A model generated the notes under the pieces. It did no database searches. It saw only the letters and a program-made list of their open reading frames with translations, and was not told the origin of the DNA. This document shows positions 20,811 to 31,241 of a stretch of DNA of 64,000 nucleotides, in pieces; positions within the stretch are counted from its first letter, which is position 1; each line of letters starts with the position of its first letter. A program made the position numbers and the translations under genes. This DNA comes from an uncultured Candidatus Cloacimonadota bacterium. Lineage in GTDB: Bacteria > Cloacimonadota > Cloacimonadia > Cloacimonadales > TCS61. The stretch lies in assembly GCA_964433675.1 (NCBI GenBank), contig CAYSSJ010000004.1, positions 66,454 to 130,453 on the forward strand, in the 5' to 3' direction.

Positions 20811-21393
20811 AGTCTCTATAGATGACATTACCCGGGGCATTTTTCCAAAGAAAATGCTCCCTTTTTTTTCTGATGATAGCTCTGCTGAAATCGAGATCTC
20901 AGAACATGAATATCAAACTCTGAAAGAAGAGATAGCTAACTTTGCCTGGCAGAAACTTCTGAACTATCTGAGCTACAGAGAACGCTCTCGACATGAATGC
21001 TACAATTATATGAAGAGAAATAAATTTCAGCCTGAACTTATCGAAAATTTGCTGATCAAGGCAGAAGAATACAATTATTTAAATAACGATAGATTTGCCG
21101 ATATGTATATAGAAGAACTGATAAATAAGGGGTATTCTGAGCTCTTCATCAAACATAAGATGCGTGAGAAGGGATTGGAGGAGAAGCAGATTACCCACCT
21201 ATTGGACGAAAAATACAAAGAAGAGGCAAAACGGGAGATTATTTACAGACAGATAAAGAAAGCCAGCGGCCGCTATTCCACTTTTCCAGAGCGGGAGAAA
21301 AGAGATAAGATTTTCAAATTTCTTTTCAGGAAAGGATTCTCTTATAGCGATATCCAATATTTTTATGAAGAATATAAAAAGGAGAAAGCATGA
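20770..21393 (+). CDS. recX: Recombination regulator RecX (true start probably internal Met near 20854)
   Basis: Position after recA; three-helix repeat architecture; [13 protein letters not shown]... region. Confidence 0.65.
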   Translation: MRLRVQNRSKRTAEVSIDDITRGIFPKKMLPFFSDDSSAEIEISEHEYQTLKEEIANFAWQKLLNYLSYRERSRHECYNYMKRNKFQPELIENLLIKAEEYNYLNNDRFADMYIEELINKGYSELFIKHKMREKGLEEKQITHLLDEKYKEEAKREIIYRQIKKASGRYSTFPEREKRDKIFKFLFRKGFSYSDIQYFYEEYKKEKA

Positions 21394-22484
21394 TAACGAT
21401 AAAAGAGCTAACAGAATATATAGGTAAAACAGTATCACCGAAATTAGCGTATAAATGGGATAATTCCGGCTTATTGATCGGCGAGCCCGATATGCCGATA
21501 GAGCGTATCCTCATCACACTCGATATCACAGCTGAAGTGGTGGATCATGCCATAGAAAAAGATATAGATTTGATCTTCTCACATCATCCGCTCTTTATCA
21601 AACCCATCACCAAGCTGAATAACCCGCTTATATTGAAGCTGATAAGACACAATATCTCCGTTTACTCTGCCCATACTAATATGGACATTTATTCCAACGG
21701 TGTAAACAGAGCATTAGCTGATGTTTTGGGCGTACAAAACTGCTCATTTTTGAGTCAGGAGACAGACGTTGTTTTGTATCATATCGCTGTTTATATACCT
21801 CCGGGAAATGTCGAAAAAGTAAGCGAAGCCATATTCGAAGCTGGTGGTGGTAAGATCGGTAATTATAGTCATTGCGGAAATACTTATCAAGTACAGGGAC
21901 AGTTCAAACCACTAAGCGGGAGCGATCCAACCATAGGTTCTGTGGACAAATTGGAAAAGGTTGATGAGCTTAAGCTGGAGTTCTTTGCCGATTCTACCAA
22001 TCTGGACAGAGTAATAAAAGCGATGGTAGAAGCTCATCCTTATGAGACTCCTGCTTATGCTGTTTATGAGCAGCATAAAAAAGATGAGAATTATGGTCTC
22101 GGGCTCATCGGAGAAATGGATAAGCCAGCCAAGATATCCGACTTTGCCTCTATCGTGAAAAAAGGGCTGAACATTCCCAAACTGAGTTTATGGTTAGCAG
22201 ACAAAGATATTGATGATGAGATTCGGAAAGTAGCGCTATGTGGCGGTGGTGGATCTTCGCTGATCAAGACTGCTCGAGCGAAAGGAGCAGAGATATTTGT
22301 AACTGCGGATATCGGTTATCATCATTATTTGGAGAGTGATATCCCGCTTATAGATGCAGGGCATTATTACACCGAGTATCCGTTTGTAAATAAGGTGGGT
22401 AAACTGCTAAAAGATCTATCGGTAGAACTGGAGATCTATCCTTTCCACAAACACAGGTATGTTCGTAATTTTCTGATCTTGTAA
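21390..22484 (+). CDS. Nif3-family dinuclear metal center protein (YqfO/GTP cyclohydrolase 1 type 2 homolog)
   Basis: N-terminus DNSGLLIGEP...DLIFSHHPLFIKP is NIF3-diagnostic; about 360 aa with inserted PII-like domain. Confidence 0.8.
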   Translation: MITIKELTEYIGKTVSPKLAYKWDNSGLLIGEPDMPIERILITLDITAEVVDHAIEKDIDLIFSHHPLFIKPITKLNNPLILKLIRHNISVYSAHTNMDIYSNGVNRALADVLGVQNCSFLSQETDVVLYHIAVYIPPGNVEKVSEAIFEAGGGKIGNYSHCGNTYQVQGQFKPLSGSDPTIGSVDKLEKVDELKLEFFADSTNLDRVIKAMVEAHPYETPAYAVYEQHKKDENYGLGLIGEMDKPAKISDFASIVKKGLNIPKLSLWLADKDIDDEIRKVALCGGGGSSLIKTARAKGAEIFVTADIGYHHYLESDIPLIDAGHYYTEYPFVNKVGKLLKDLSVELEIYPFHKHRYVRNFLIL

Positions 22485-22485
22485 T

Positions 22486-22520
22486 AAAAAAAGCCTCCCA
22501 AACAAGATTGGGAGGCTAAC
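22486..22520. terminator. Bidirectional rho-independent terminator (gcctcccaaacaagattgggaggc)
   Basis: 9-bp perfect stem flanked by A-run and T-rich sequence between convergent genes. Confidence 0.75.
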
Positions 22521-22532
22521 TAAATTAGTTTA

Positions 22533-22748
22533 CTATTCTTTCGTACAGATCAGTTTGCTTGCGATAGCCAACAAAAAGAAGCTGGATGCTAAATGGAAAT
22601 AATTCACGACACTAGCGGTTAGGATTTTTCCGGGAATCAGAAAATTCAATATTCCCAATACCATCAAGATCACACCAATGAGGATAAGAATCTTGTTGAT
22701 GATCTTCATCTCTCCCCCCTTTACTTTTTTTATGATGCATGGCATCAT
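22533..22748 (-). CDS. Small hypothetical membrane protein (2 TM)
   Basis: Two hydrophobic segments; overlaps stop of upstream peroxiredoxin gene. Confidence 0.3.
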   Translation of the reverse strand: MMPCIIKKVKGGEMKIINKILILIGVILMVLGILNFLIPGKILTASVVNYFHLASSFFLLAIASKLICTKE

Positions 22749-23206
22749 TTATGTTTATCTAGAAAATCCAAAATCTCCTTGATGTCAGGCAATTCTGATA
22801 TTTGATAGATCTTTTTGAATACAATTTTCCCATTTTCATCGATGATAATATTCGCACGCTGGGAAAATCCTTCCTCTTCTCTAAATAGGTCATACAATTT
22901 CGCTACCTTACCGTGAGGCCAGAAATCAGCTAGGATTCTAAGGTTTTTTAGTCCCAGTTTCTTTGCCCAGGCATGTTTGGTAGGCACATGATCTATACTG
23001 AGCCCAACAGGGATAGTATTAAGTGAGAGAAAAGTATCGTATTCTTTTTCCAACGCTTTCATTTGTTTGGCACAAATTTTCGTCCAAGCGAGAGGATGAA
23101 AAGAGAGTAGTATTCTTTTCCCCTTATGCTTAGAGAGCACAAAATCTTCATTATGCTGGTCTTTCAATTTGAAATCCGGTGCTAATTTGTTTAGTTTTGA
23201 TTCCAT
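22745..23206 (-). CDS. Peroxiredoxin (AhpC/TSA-Bcp family)
   Basis: PLAWTKIC matches the PxxxTxxC peroxidatic-cysteine motif; thioredoxin-fold size. Confidence 0.65.
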   Translation of the reverse strand: MESKLNKLAPDFKLKDQHNEDFVLSKHKGKRILLSFHPLAWTKICAKQMKALEKEYDTFLSLNTIPVGLSIDHVPTKHAWAKKLGLKNLRILADFWPHGKVAKLYDLFREEEGFSQRANIIIDENGKIVFKKIYQISELPDIKEILDFLDKHK

Positions 23207-23273
23207 AATTCATCTCCTTCCTAATAGAGATAATTTAGTGAAAAATTGAATATTGCCAAATCATAATATTTTC

Positions 23274-24251
23274 CTATTCTTTCAAACCACTGGAAGCAAA
23301 GCTAGAGATGATCTGCCTTTGAGCTATCAAAAAGAGAATGATAAGCGGCATGATACTGAAGGTGGAAGCTGCCATCAGGAGGGTAGTTTCGGTAGAAGCC
23401 TCCTGCGAGAAATAGCTCAAACCGACTTGGAGTACGCGAATGTGCGGACTGTCTGTCATCACCAGAGGCCACATAAAGCTATTCCAACTCCCGATGAAAC
23501 CGAAAATTGCCGCAGTAGCGATCACTGATTTTGACAATGGCAGGACAATACGCCACAAAATGCCGAATCTGCTACACCCATCTATGGATGCGGCATCGAA
23601 TAGCTCTTGGGGTATAGTTTTGAATTGTTGTCTCAACAGGAAGATCGTGAATATATTTGCCATCCAAGGAATAATGAGCGCCTGATATGTATCGAGCCAG
23701 CCGATATTATCGAGCAGAATATAGGAGGAGATCAAATATACCGGTTGCGGGACCATCATCATACTGATAAAAAGGTAAAAGAGAAATTCGTTGCCAAAAA
23801 ACTTCATCCGCGCAAAAGCATAAGCTGCCAAAGAACCACTCACTATGACGCCCAGTACTACCGAAAAAGAGACAAAAATAGTATTCATAAAATATCGGGC
23901 AAACGGAACTTTTTTAAACGCTTCCACATAGTTCTGCCAGCGGAAAGTTAATCTCCTTCGGGATTCTATCTCATCGTTTGATACTCTATAAAAAGAGCGA
24001 ATAATCCTACCGTCCGGGTCGAAAAGGTTCACATAGGAACTATCGGCATCGGTACGAACAATGCTGATCCTATATTCTTCGTCATTTTCCGTATAAGATA
24101 GATATTCTTCTATCGGCAGGAATCCGACATTACCTCTGTTAACTTCGAATTGTGGTTTTATAGAAGTGGTAAGCATCCACAAGAAGGGGATCACCATGGA
24201 AATGCCGCAAAAACCCAAGATAAGATAGATTATTGTTTTTTTGAAATCCAT
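23274..24251 (-). CDS. Carbohydrate ABC transporter permease (MalG-like) with a long periplasmic loop insertion
   Basis: EAA loop EAASIDGCSRFGILWRIVLPL; 6 TM helices. Confidence 0.75.
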   Translation of the reverse strand: MDFKKTIIYLILGFCGISMVIPFLWMLTTSIKPQFEVNRGNVGFLPIEEYLSYTENDEEYRISIVRTDADSSYVNLFDPDGRIIRSFYRVSNDEIESRRRLTFRWQNYVEAFKKVPFARYFMNTIFVSFSVVLGVIVSGSLAAYAFARMKFFGNEFLFYLFISMMMVPQPVYLISSYILLDNIGWLDTYQALIIPWMANIFTIFLLRQQFKTIPQELFDAASIDGCSRFGILWRIVLPLSKSVIATAAIFGFIGSWNSFMWPLVMTDSPHIRVLQVGLSYFSQEASTETTLLMAASTFSIMPLIILFLIAQRQIISSFASSGLKE

Positions 24252-24263
24252 AACATCACACCT

Positions 24264-25205
24264 TTAGTAGTGTACTTTCTTTTCCAAACGTTTTTGGAGT
24301 AATGTAAGCGAGAGGATGATAATGAAAAGAACCAGAGCTATGGCGCTGGCATAGCTGAGATTGTTTGTCTCGCCAAATCCTTGTTCATATAAATAATAGA
24401 CGATAACTTTGGTAGTGCCCAGAGGACCTCCGATCGGCGGTCCGGTCATCAAATAGATCTGAGCGAAGACTTGGAAAGTGACGATTGTGGTCATCATCAG
24501 CACATAGTAGGTTGTGGGTGAGATAAGTGGAACCGTAATCTTAAAAAACTGTTTGATCTTGCCTGCCCCATCAATATCAGCAGCTTCATAATATACTTCG
24601 GGGATATTTTGTAGCCCGGCAAGATAGATGATCGTATTGTATCCCAAACCTTTCCAGATCGTCATGATAATGATAGAAAACAGAGCCAAGGAAGGTCCAC
24701 CTAGAAAACTGGGGATCTGAATGCCGAGGTTGGCAAACATAAGCTCGAAGATTCCGGTACTTTCGGCTAACCAGCCCATTGGATCCAGTCCTATCTGAGT
24801 GAGCAGGTAATTTGCCAGACCAGATTGTTGATTGTAAATGATCTTCCAGACGATCGAAACGGCAACCATGGAAGTTACAGTAGGGATAAAATAGACCGAG
24901 CGAAAGAAACTTCTTAGCGCTTTTATATTGTTCAAAAGATTAGCAAAGAAAAGTGAAAGTACAACACTGATGGGAACGACGAAAATAACCAGATAAAATG
25001 TATTTTCCATAGATTGCCAAAAATCCCTATCCTGCAAGAGATATATATAATTCTCGAAACCGATGAAATCTCCTACCCCTCTTATATCCCAATCAAAAAA
25101 GCTGACAATGAAAGAAAGCACTATGGGGATCAATCGGAAAGTAAAAATGATCAGCGCTGCCGGTATCAAATACAGATATGGACCCAAATCATATTTCTTT
25201 TTCAT
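24264..25205 (-). CDS. Carbohydrate ABC transporter permease (MalF-like)
   Basis: EAADIDGAGKIKQFFKITVPL EAA loop; start chosen at Met preceded by aggagaaaa RBS (ORF track extends to 25355). Confidence 0.75.
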   Translation of the reverse strand: MKKKYDLGPYLYLIPAALIIFTFRLIPIVLSFIVSFFDWDIRGVGDFIGFENYIYLLQDRDFWQSMENTFYLVIFVVPISVVLSLFFANLLNNIKALRSFFRSVYFIPTVTSMVAVSIVWKIIYNQQSGLANYLLTQIGLDPMGWLAESTGIFELMFANLGIQIPSFLGGPSLALFSIIIMTIWKGLGYNTIIYLAGLQNIPEVYYEAADIDGAGKIKQFFKITVPLISPTTYYVLMMTTIVTFQVFAQIYLMTGPPIGGPLGTTKVIVYYLYEQGFGETNNLSYASAIALVLFIIILSLTLLQKRLEKKVHY

Positions 25206-25353
25206 TAGACCATTTTTCTCCTTATTATCTGTCACAAATAAATGTAAAAACCTATTTTGTGTCAATCCAAATTTTTGCACAAATGAAGAAAATGTTGACA
25301 ATGAGTGTCGTTTTTGTTCAGTAGTAACATCATATAGAGCGAGGAGAAAAATC

Positions 25354-25860
25354 ATGATCCAGGTTTATACGGGAGAAGGTAAGGGTAAAACAACCGCAGC
25401 TCTGGGATTGATCGTGCGGGCATTGGGACATGACAGAAAAGCTGCACTTATCCAATTCATGAAGAAAAATTTCGAATATGGTGAGATCAGATTTCTATCG
25501 GCTCAAAAGCAGGTGGATATCTTCCAGTTTGGTACCGATAAATTGATAGACCCGAATAATCCCGCTAAAATTGACAAAGAAGAAGCCGAAAAAGCATATC
25601 GGAAATGTAAAGAAATCATTTCTTCCCATGAATATGACTTGATTGTGATAGATGAGATTAATGTGGCAGTGAGGTGGAATTTACTTGCTTTGGAAAAACA
25701 ACTGGAGCTGATGGAAATGAAAACTGAGGCAGAAATCGTAATGACCGGTAGATATGCTGAAGAGAAAGTAATAGAGAAAGCGGATTTGGCAACAGAAATG
25801 AAAGAGATCAAACATTATTTCCGCAATGGTATGCAAGCAAGGAAAGGAGTGGAATACTGA
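25354..25860 (+). CDS. cobA: Cob(I)yrinic acid a,c-diamide / cob(I)alamin adenosyltransferase (CobA/CobO/BtuR)
   Basis: MIQVYTGEGKGKTTAALGLIVRALGH P-loop typical of BtuR/CobA; RBS gaggagaaaa. Confidence 0.8.
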   Translation: MIQVYTGEGKGKTTAALGLIVRALGHDRKAALIQFMKKNFEYGEIRFLSAQKQVDIFQFGTDKLIDPNNPAKIDKEEAEKAYRKCKEIISSHEYDLIVIDEINVAVRWNLLALEKQLELMEMKTEAEIVMTGRYAEEKVIEKADLATEMKEIKHYFRNGMQARKGVEY

Positions 25861-26384
25861 TGATACATTCAATATCCATATCACTCTCAATTTTGTTGAT
25901 TATATTCTCTGCCGTTTCTCTTAGCGCCCAAACGGGAGAGTCTATAGAAGTAGGGAATACGCAATCATATCAGAAGTATGTGGCGATAAGTCCGCTGATA
26001 GCTCCCCGACTATGTCTGGGGATTATGAAGCCCCATTTGCGCCAAGAGAATCGTTATTTTGAATCTATTTATTACATACATGGGTTCGATACTTTCAGTA
26101 AGGAAAAAATATATGGTATCAGCTATCGGTTGAATGCTTTTGTAAAGAGGGATACAAGATTAGGCTTATACTTGCTATCCAATCTGGGTGTGGATTACAT
26201 ACAGGCAAGACTAATAACTCCATTCGGTTTAGCCGATGATGAAACTAAAAGCAGATTGTTTATTAATGCAGCTGCCGGTCTTGGTTATAGTTTCGAGTTC
26301 AAGGATGATTCATATTTACGTTTTGAGCTTGATGTCGGCTGGAAGTTGATATTTTCTAATTTCTATATCACCTATATCTGGTAA
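25860..26384 (+). CDS. Hypothetical secreted protein
   Basis: Signal peptide; no recognizable motif. Confidence 0.4.
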   Translation: MIHSISISLSILLIIFSAVSLSAQTGESIEVGNTQSYQKYVAISPLIAPRLCLGIMKPHLRQENRYFESIYYIHGFDTFSKEKIYGISYRLNAFVKRDTRLGLYLLSNLGVDYIQARLITPFGLADDETKSRLFINAAAGLGYSFEFKDDSYLRFELDVGWKLIFSNFYITYIW

Positions 26385-26387
26385 TAA

Positions 26388-27407
26388 ATGCAAAAATTCA
26401 TCGAAAATCATCTCTACAACCGTAGCATTATTTCATATCTGCTTTTACCTTTTGGCATCCTGAATGCTCTGATACAGGTAATCAGGAGATGGATTTTCGA
26501 GAACTTTCATTTTTTAAGATATAAGCCCGCAGTTAAAATAATTAGTGTAGGAAACATTGTCAGCGGTGGAAGTGGCAAGACACCGGTGACCATATGGATA
26601 GCTAAAAAAATGAATAAACAGGGCTATAATGTGGCGGTATCACACAGAGGATATAAAGGAAAATTTGAAAAAGAAGTACAAATAATATCCGACCAATATC
26701 AAATTGATAAAAAAGCAGCACAAGCAGGAGACGAGGCTTTTATGTTAACTCAAAAACTATCCGGAATTCCGATTGTAGTAGGGAAAAATAGAAGAAAAGC
26801 GATAAAATTGCTGCTGTCCACCTTTCCGGAGCTGGATTATATTATTCTGGACGATTCCTTCCAGCATTTGAAAGTAGAGCACGATATCGATATTTTGGTA
26901 TTTAATACAGTAGGTGGCATTGGTAATGGTTTTGTGTTACCAGCCGGGATATTGCGTGAACCTATTAACTCTGTAAAAAAAGCAGACTATTTAGTTATTA
27001 ATGGAGGAGGGAGGATAGCGGTTTTGGATGATTTCAACATTCCGCAAATCTCAGCGAGGTACGAAATAGAAAAATTTATAACTCCGTTTGGAGAAGAGAT
27101 ATCTGCCCATCAGCTGAGGACAAGTAAAATTGCATTGCTTTCTGCTATCGGTTTACCTGCTTCTTTTGAAAGCACGATAAAAGCAAGTGAGTTAGATTTT
27201 TTATATCACTTAGCGCTGCCGGATCATTTCAATTATGATAACAACTGGGAGAGAATAAAAACAGCTCTAAGCGGTTATGATTATGTGCTTACAACCGAAA
27301 AAGATTATGCTAAATTACAATTTATTCCTCATAATCTGCCACTGGTAATCGTTCAAACAAAATTACGAATGAGCCAAGAGTTATCTTTTCCTGTTAAAAA
27401 AACCTAG
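26388..27407 (+). CDS. lpxK: Tetraacyldisaccharide 4'-kinase
   Basis: VGNIVSGGSGKTPV P-loop and DDSFQH motif of LpxK. Confidence 0.8.
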   Translation: MQKFIENHLYNRSIISYLLLPFGILNALIQVIRRWIFENFHFLRYKPAVKIISVGNIVSGGSGKTPVTIWIAKKMNKQGYNVAVSHRGYKGKFEKEVQIISDQYQIDKKAAQAGDEAFMLTQKLSGIPIVVGKNRRKAIKLLLSTFPELDYIILDDSFQHLKVEHDIDILVFNTVGGIGNGFVLPAGILREPINSVKKADYLVINGGGRIAVLDDFNIPQISARYEIEKFITPFGEEISAHQLRTSKIALLSAIGLPASFESTIKASELDFLYHLALPDHFNYDNNWERIKTALSGYDYVLTTEKDYAKLQFIPHNLPLVIVQTKLRMSQELSFPVKKT

Positions 27408-27929
27408 AATAATTCCTAACACAACACTCCAAAGAGCTGCTAATCCCACCTGAAAATCGGTCGGCAAAATAAAAGTAATGGTATGTGCTGGAATCCAGAA
27501 CCAGAGCATAGAGAGAATTCCTTTATCCAAATTATTCCAGTTCTTTTCTTTCAGAGGGAGATTGTCCAAGAAGCGATGAAATAGAACCAGAAAAAAACCA
27601 AATTGTAAATTTGTAGCTACTGATTTTGAGAATGCATACAAAAAAGTACTGGAATAAAAAGATTGGGGAAGCAGCTGGTGTTGTAGCAATGCGTCCATAA
27701 ATCCGCTCATACCAGTAAAGGCATATTTTATCGCAACACCAAGAATAGACCAAACAATCATTTTCCAGATTGTCTGTCTCAGATCGAAAGGCCAATTGAT
27801 TTTTTTGTTTATTACCCATTTCGATACAGCTTCACCCAATGTGCCTAAAATAGCAAACTGAATTAATGCCGTCAATATCGGATGAGTTTGAACAATCGTA
27901 ATATACCAATACATTCTTACAACTCCCAA
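27381..27929 (-). CDS. Hypothetical polytopic membrane protein
   Basis: 4-6 predicted TM helices; convergent overlap with lpxK 3' end. Confidence 0.4.
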   Translation of the reverse strand: MGVVRMYWYITIVQTHPILTALIQFAILGTLGEAVSKWVINKKINWPFDLRQTIWKMIVWSILGVAIKYAFTGMSGFMDALLQHQLLPQSFYSSTFLYAFSKSVATNLQFGFFLVLFHRFLDNLPLKEKNWNNLDKGILSMLWFWIPAHTITFILPTDFQVGLAALWSVVLGIILGFFNRKR

Positions 27930-27966
27930 AGAATACCCTGCAACATATGGTCACAGGGTTAGTAAT

Positions 27967-29172
27967 TTATTTATAATTTAGTAATCGCATGGTTTCCATA
28001 GCGATCATAAGCTCTTCGTTTGTGGGTATTTTCAAAATCTTCACTCGGGAGCTTTCCGTGTGTAATTCCAAGATTCCGGAAGTGAACTGATCGTTCGTTT
28101 TGCTATCCAGCTCGATACCGAAGAAATCCATGTCTTCACAGACCAATTCACGCAAGATAGGCATATTCTCACCTACTCCACCGGTAAATACAAGCATATC
28201 CAACCCATTTAATGCTGCCGTATATGACCCTATATATTTTTTGATTCGATAGGCATAGACTTCGTGTGCTTGAATGGCATTTTTGTTTTTGTTTTCTAAA
28301 ATCTCCTGCTCGATCTCACGCATATCATTGCTGATGGCAGAAAGCCCGAGCATGCCACTCTTTTTGTTCATAATAGTATTAACTTCATCGAGCGAGAAAT
28401 CCTTATGCCGCATCAGATAGAGTGGGATAGCAGGGTCTATATCGCCGCAGCGAGTTCCCATCACCAATCCTTCCAGTGGAGTAAATCCCATCGAAGTATC
28501 GATAGATTCACCACCCTTTATCGCTGTCATCGAAGCTCCATTACCAATATGACATGTAATTATCTTCAAATCTTTGATGTCTTTATTCAAATGATCTGCT
28601 GCTAATTGACTGACAAATTTATGCGAAGTTCCATGGAAACCATATCTTCGGATTTGGTAATCAGTATAGAATTCGAGTGGTAGTGCATACAGATAAGCCT
28701 TTGGAGGCATAGTCTGATGAAATGCGGTATCGAAAACTCCACATTGTGGGATTTTCGGCAGCAGATGCAGCATGGCTTCCACACCTTTCAGATTAGCTGG
28801 ATTGTGTAGTGGTGCCAGCATCGAACACTCTTCCATCACACGAATGACATCATCGTCTATTTTTACCGAGCCGGAATAATGTTCGCCGGCATGGACCAAA
28901 CGGTGGCCGACTGCGTTTATTTCCGATTTGGATTTGATAACCCCATGCTCTTTGTCGAGCAGATGTTCGATTATCATTGCAATCGCATTTTCATGATCAG
29001 ACAACTTCACTTCTGCTTTTTTCTTTGTGTATCCATCACTTTTGTAAGTAAACAGCGAAACAGATTCACCAATTCTTTCTGCGATACCTTCTGCTAATAC
29101 TTTGGTAGTTTCCATATTGATGAATTGATATTTAACAGATGAACTGCCACTATTTAAAACTAAGATTTGCAT
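27967..29172 (-). CDS. ackA: Acetate kinase
   Basis: MQILVLNSGSSSVKYQ N-terminus and overall ASKHA fold blocks. Confidence 0.9.
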   Translation of the reverse strand: MQILVLNSGSSSVKYQFINMETTKVLAEGIAERIGESVSLFTYKSDGYTKKKAEVKLSDHENAIAMIIEHLLDKEHGVIKSKSEINAVGHRLVHAGEHYSGSVKIDDDVIRVMEECSMLAPLHNPANLKGVEAMLHLLPKIPQCGVFDTAFHQTMPPKAYLYALPLEFYTDYQIRRYGFHGTSHKFVSQLAADHLNKDIKDLKIITCHIGNGASMTAIKGGESIDTSMGFTPLEGLVMGTRCGDIDPAIPLYLMRHKDFSLDEVNTIMNKKSGMLGLSAISNDMREIEQEILENKNKNAIQAHEVYAYRIKKYIGSYTAALNGLDMLVFTGGVGENMPILRELVCEDMDFFGIELDSKTNDQFTSGILELHTESSRVKILKIPTNEELMIAMETMRLLNYK

Positions 29173-29190
29173 ATTTACTCCGTATTTATT

Positions 29191-29601
29191 TTATTTTCTA
29201 AAGATTATCTCTATTTCTCTGCGGGCATGATCGACCGAATCGGCAGCATGAACTGCATTGTGGGTCATATTGTCATGATCTCCGTAGAGATATCTCAATG
29301 TGCCAGGCTTTGCCTTTTTAGGTTCGGTATTACCAACCAGTTCACGCAATTTTTCCACGGCATTATCTCGTGCTAACACTGCAGCTACAGTTTTACCGGA
29401 AGTCATAAAAGCGAGTAATTTCTCAAAAAAACTTTTTGAGGTATGTTCTGCATAAAATTCTTTTGCCAAACTCCTCTCCATAGTAAACATTTTTAGAGCT
29501 TCGATAGTAAAACCGTTTCTCTCGACGCTGTTTAGGATAGCTCCGATCTTATGTTTGGCCGTGGCGTTCGGTTTGATTAAAAAAAGTGTCTGTTCCTGCA
29601 T
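29191..29601 (-). CDS. ndk: Nucleoside diphosphate kinase
   Basis: TLFLIKPNA, GTLRYLYG and NAVHAADS (active-site His) motifs; start set at internal Met to avoid overlap (ORF track 29661). Confidence 0.8.
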   Translation of the reverse strand: MQEQTLFLIKPNATAKHKIGAILNSVERNGFTIEALKMFTMERSLAKEFYAEHTSKSFFEKLLAFMTSGKTVAAVLARDNAVEKLRELVGNTEPKKAKPGTLRYLYGDHDNMTHNAVHAADSVDHARREIEIIFRK

Positions 29602-29611
29602 CCGCACGGTT

Positions 29612-29941
29612 TTATTCGTCAGATTCCAAATAGTCGAGAGCAGCAACTTTGATGGAGACATCGCGTTTCATCATTGAACTCATCTTCAGTTTGTGTTTCA
29701 AAATTTCAGTCCAAAGGGTGTAGATATTGTTGTCTCCGACCTCTTTACCTAAATAATGCTTCAACATATCCTGATAGAAGCTTTCACGATCACGATCTAC
29801 TCTGACGATCACCAGTTTGAAAGGTTCGGCGGTAATATCATAATCACGGCACCTTACATCGATCACACCATAACCTTGCTTCAGCAGAAGGTCATAATTG
29901 ATCTGCAAATTCTCAATTACATCTACCATAAAACACTCCAT
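29612..29941 (-). CDS. Hypothetical protein
   Basis: ORF with coding-like composition between ndk and gpsA. Confidence 0.35.
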   Translation of the reverse strand: MECFMVDVIENLQINYDLLLKQGYGVIDVRCRDYDITAEPFKLVIVRVDRDRESFYQDMLKHYLGKEVGDNNIYTLWTEILKHKLKMSSMMKRDVSIKVAALDYLESDE

Positions 29942-29993
29942 TCAGTAATATTTTTTCCAAAAAATAACAGTATGATATTTTGACAACCACTTT

Positions 29994-30971
29994 CTATCCC
30001 GAAATTGAATTTACTGTCTCAATCAGTTCATGGCGGATATCTTCCACATCATCAAAGATAATTCTGGTGATGCAGGAGATGAGAGGGATGGAGAGATTGA
30101 ATTTTGCCAGTTTTTGCACTGTTTTTGCCATCGAGACCCCTTCGACTACCATTCCGACTTTGTTCAGTGCCTCATCACGTGAATATCCCTGAGCTAAAAG
30201 CACACCGAACTGCCGGTTTCTACTATGTGGAGACATGCAGGTAGTGATGAGATCTCCCAAACCGGCGATTCCATATACCGTAGCTGCTGGTACTCCCAAG
30301 AAGTCCATCACGATCTTATATTCTCGCAATCCATATGTCATGATCAAACCGAAAAAATTGGATTTGAATCCCAATCCATCTGATAAACCCACTGCTATAG
30401 CGATCAGTCCTTTTAGAGATGCTGCCAGCTCCACACCTTTCACATCTCTGCTAAAATCGAATTTCAAGACATCATTCTGGATGATGTTTTGCAGGTGAAA
30501 TAGCAGCGCTACATTTCGTGATGCCAAAATTGCCTTTGCCGGCAATCCTTCTGCTACTTCGCGGGCTATCGTCGGTCCGGACAAGGTAGCGAATCTTACC
30601 TTCGGCATTCTATGTTTCACCAATTCGCCGACTGTACGCAATGACTTATGCTCTACCCCTTTGGATGCGTTGACCATGGTAAAAGAGGTATAATGATTTT
30701 CGATAAATTCATCTATCAGAGAGCCGATGAAACGAGAGGGGATGGCAATTACCACTATGTCATCTTCCTCGATTGGGGAGGAGAATTTTTCTTCGATAGT
30801 AATAGTTTCCGGTATGGAGACATTAGGTAGAAAGTAGAGATTCTCGCGGTTGCTGTTTAGTTTCTCAGCTTCTCTACTGTCGATAGTCCATAGATGAACT
30901 TTGTTCGACCGGCAGAACAGCAAAGCTAGGGAAGTACCCCAATTTCCAGCTCCGATTACTACTATTTTCAT
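29994..30971 (-). CDS. gpsA: NAD(P)H-dependent glycerol-3-phosphate dehydrogenase
   Basis: MKIVVIGAGNWGTSLA Rossmann N-terminus; start at Met 8 of the ORF-track model. Confidence 0.85.
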   Translation of the reverse strand: MKIVVIGAGNWGTSLALLFCRSNKVHLWTIDSREAEKLNSNRENLYFLPNVSIPETITIEEKFSSPIEEDDIVVIAIPSRFIGSLIDEFIENHYTSFTMVNASKGVEHKSLRTVGELVKHRMPKVRFATLSGPTIAREVAEGLPAKAILASRNVALLFHLQNIIQNDVLKFDFSRDVKGVELAASLKGLIAIAVGLSDGLGFKSNFFGLIMTYGLREYKIVMDFLGVPAATVYGIAGLGDLITTCMSPHSRNRQFGVLLAQGYSRDEALNKVGMVVEGVSMAKTVQKLAKFNLSIPLISCITRIIFDDVEDIRHELIETVNSISG

Positions 30972-30998
30972 TCCAAACCTCCAACACCACATAAATCA

Positions 30999-31075
30999 TG
31001 GTGGGTGATACTAGATTCGAACTAGTGACCTCTACGATGTCAACGTAGCACTCTAACCAACTGAGCTAATCACCC
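30999..31075 (-). tRNA. tRNA-Val (anticodon GAC), CCA encoded
   Basis: Minus strand GGGTGATTAGCTCAGTTGGTTAGAGTGCTACGTTGACATCGTAGAGGTCACTAGTTCGAATCTAGTATCACCCACCA has a 7-bp acceptor stem, anticodon loop TTGACAT and a T-arm GTTCGAATC. Confidence 0.9.
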
Positions 31076-31155
31076 ACGTTTGTGAACCAGATATTTTCTC
31101 CGACTCAGATGTCAAGTAAATTCAGCTTAGATAGTATGAAGCAGATATATTAACT

Positions 31156-31185
31156 TTGATAGGTTCAATATAAATGTTGCATAAT
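31156..31185 (+). promoter_or_regulatory. Candidate sigma70 promoter for encapsulin operon (TTGATA-18-CATAAT)
   Basis: Direct sequence; about 55 nt upstream of encFtn ATG, RBS aaaggagaaa. Confidence 0.4.
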
Positions 31186-31241
31186 TAGCAAGAAAGATTA
31201 AAATATTAAATATTAAAAGAATTTAACGAAAGGAGAAAGTT

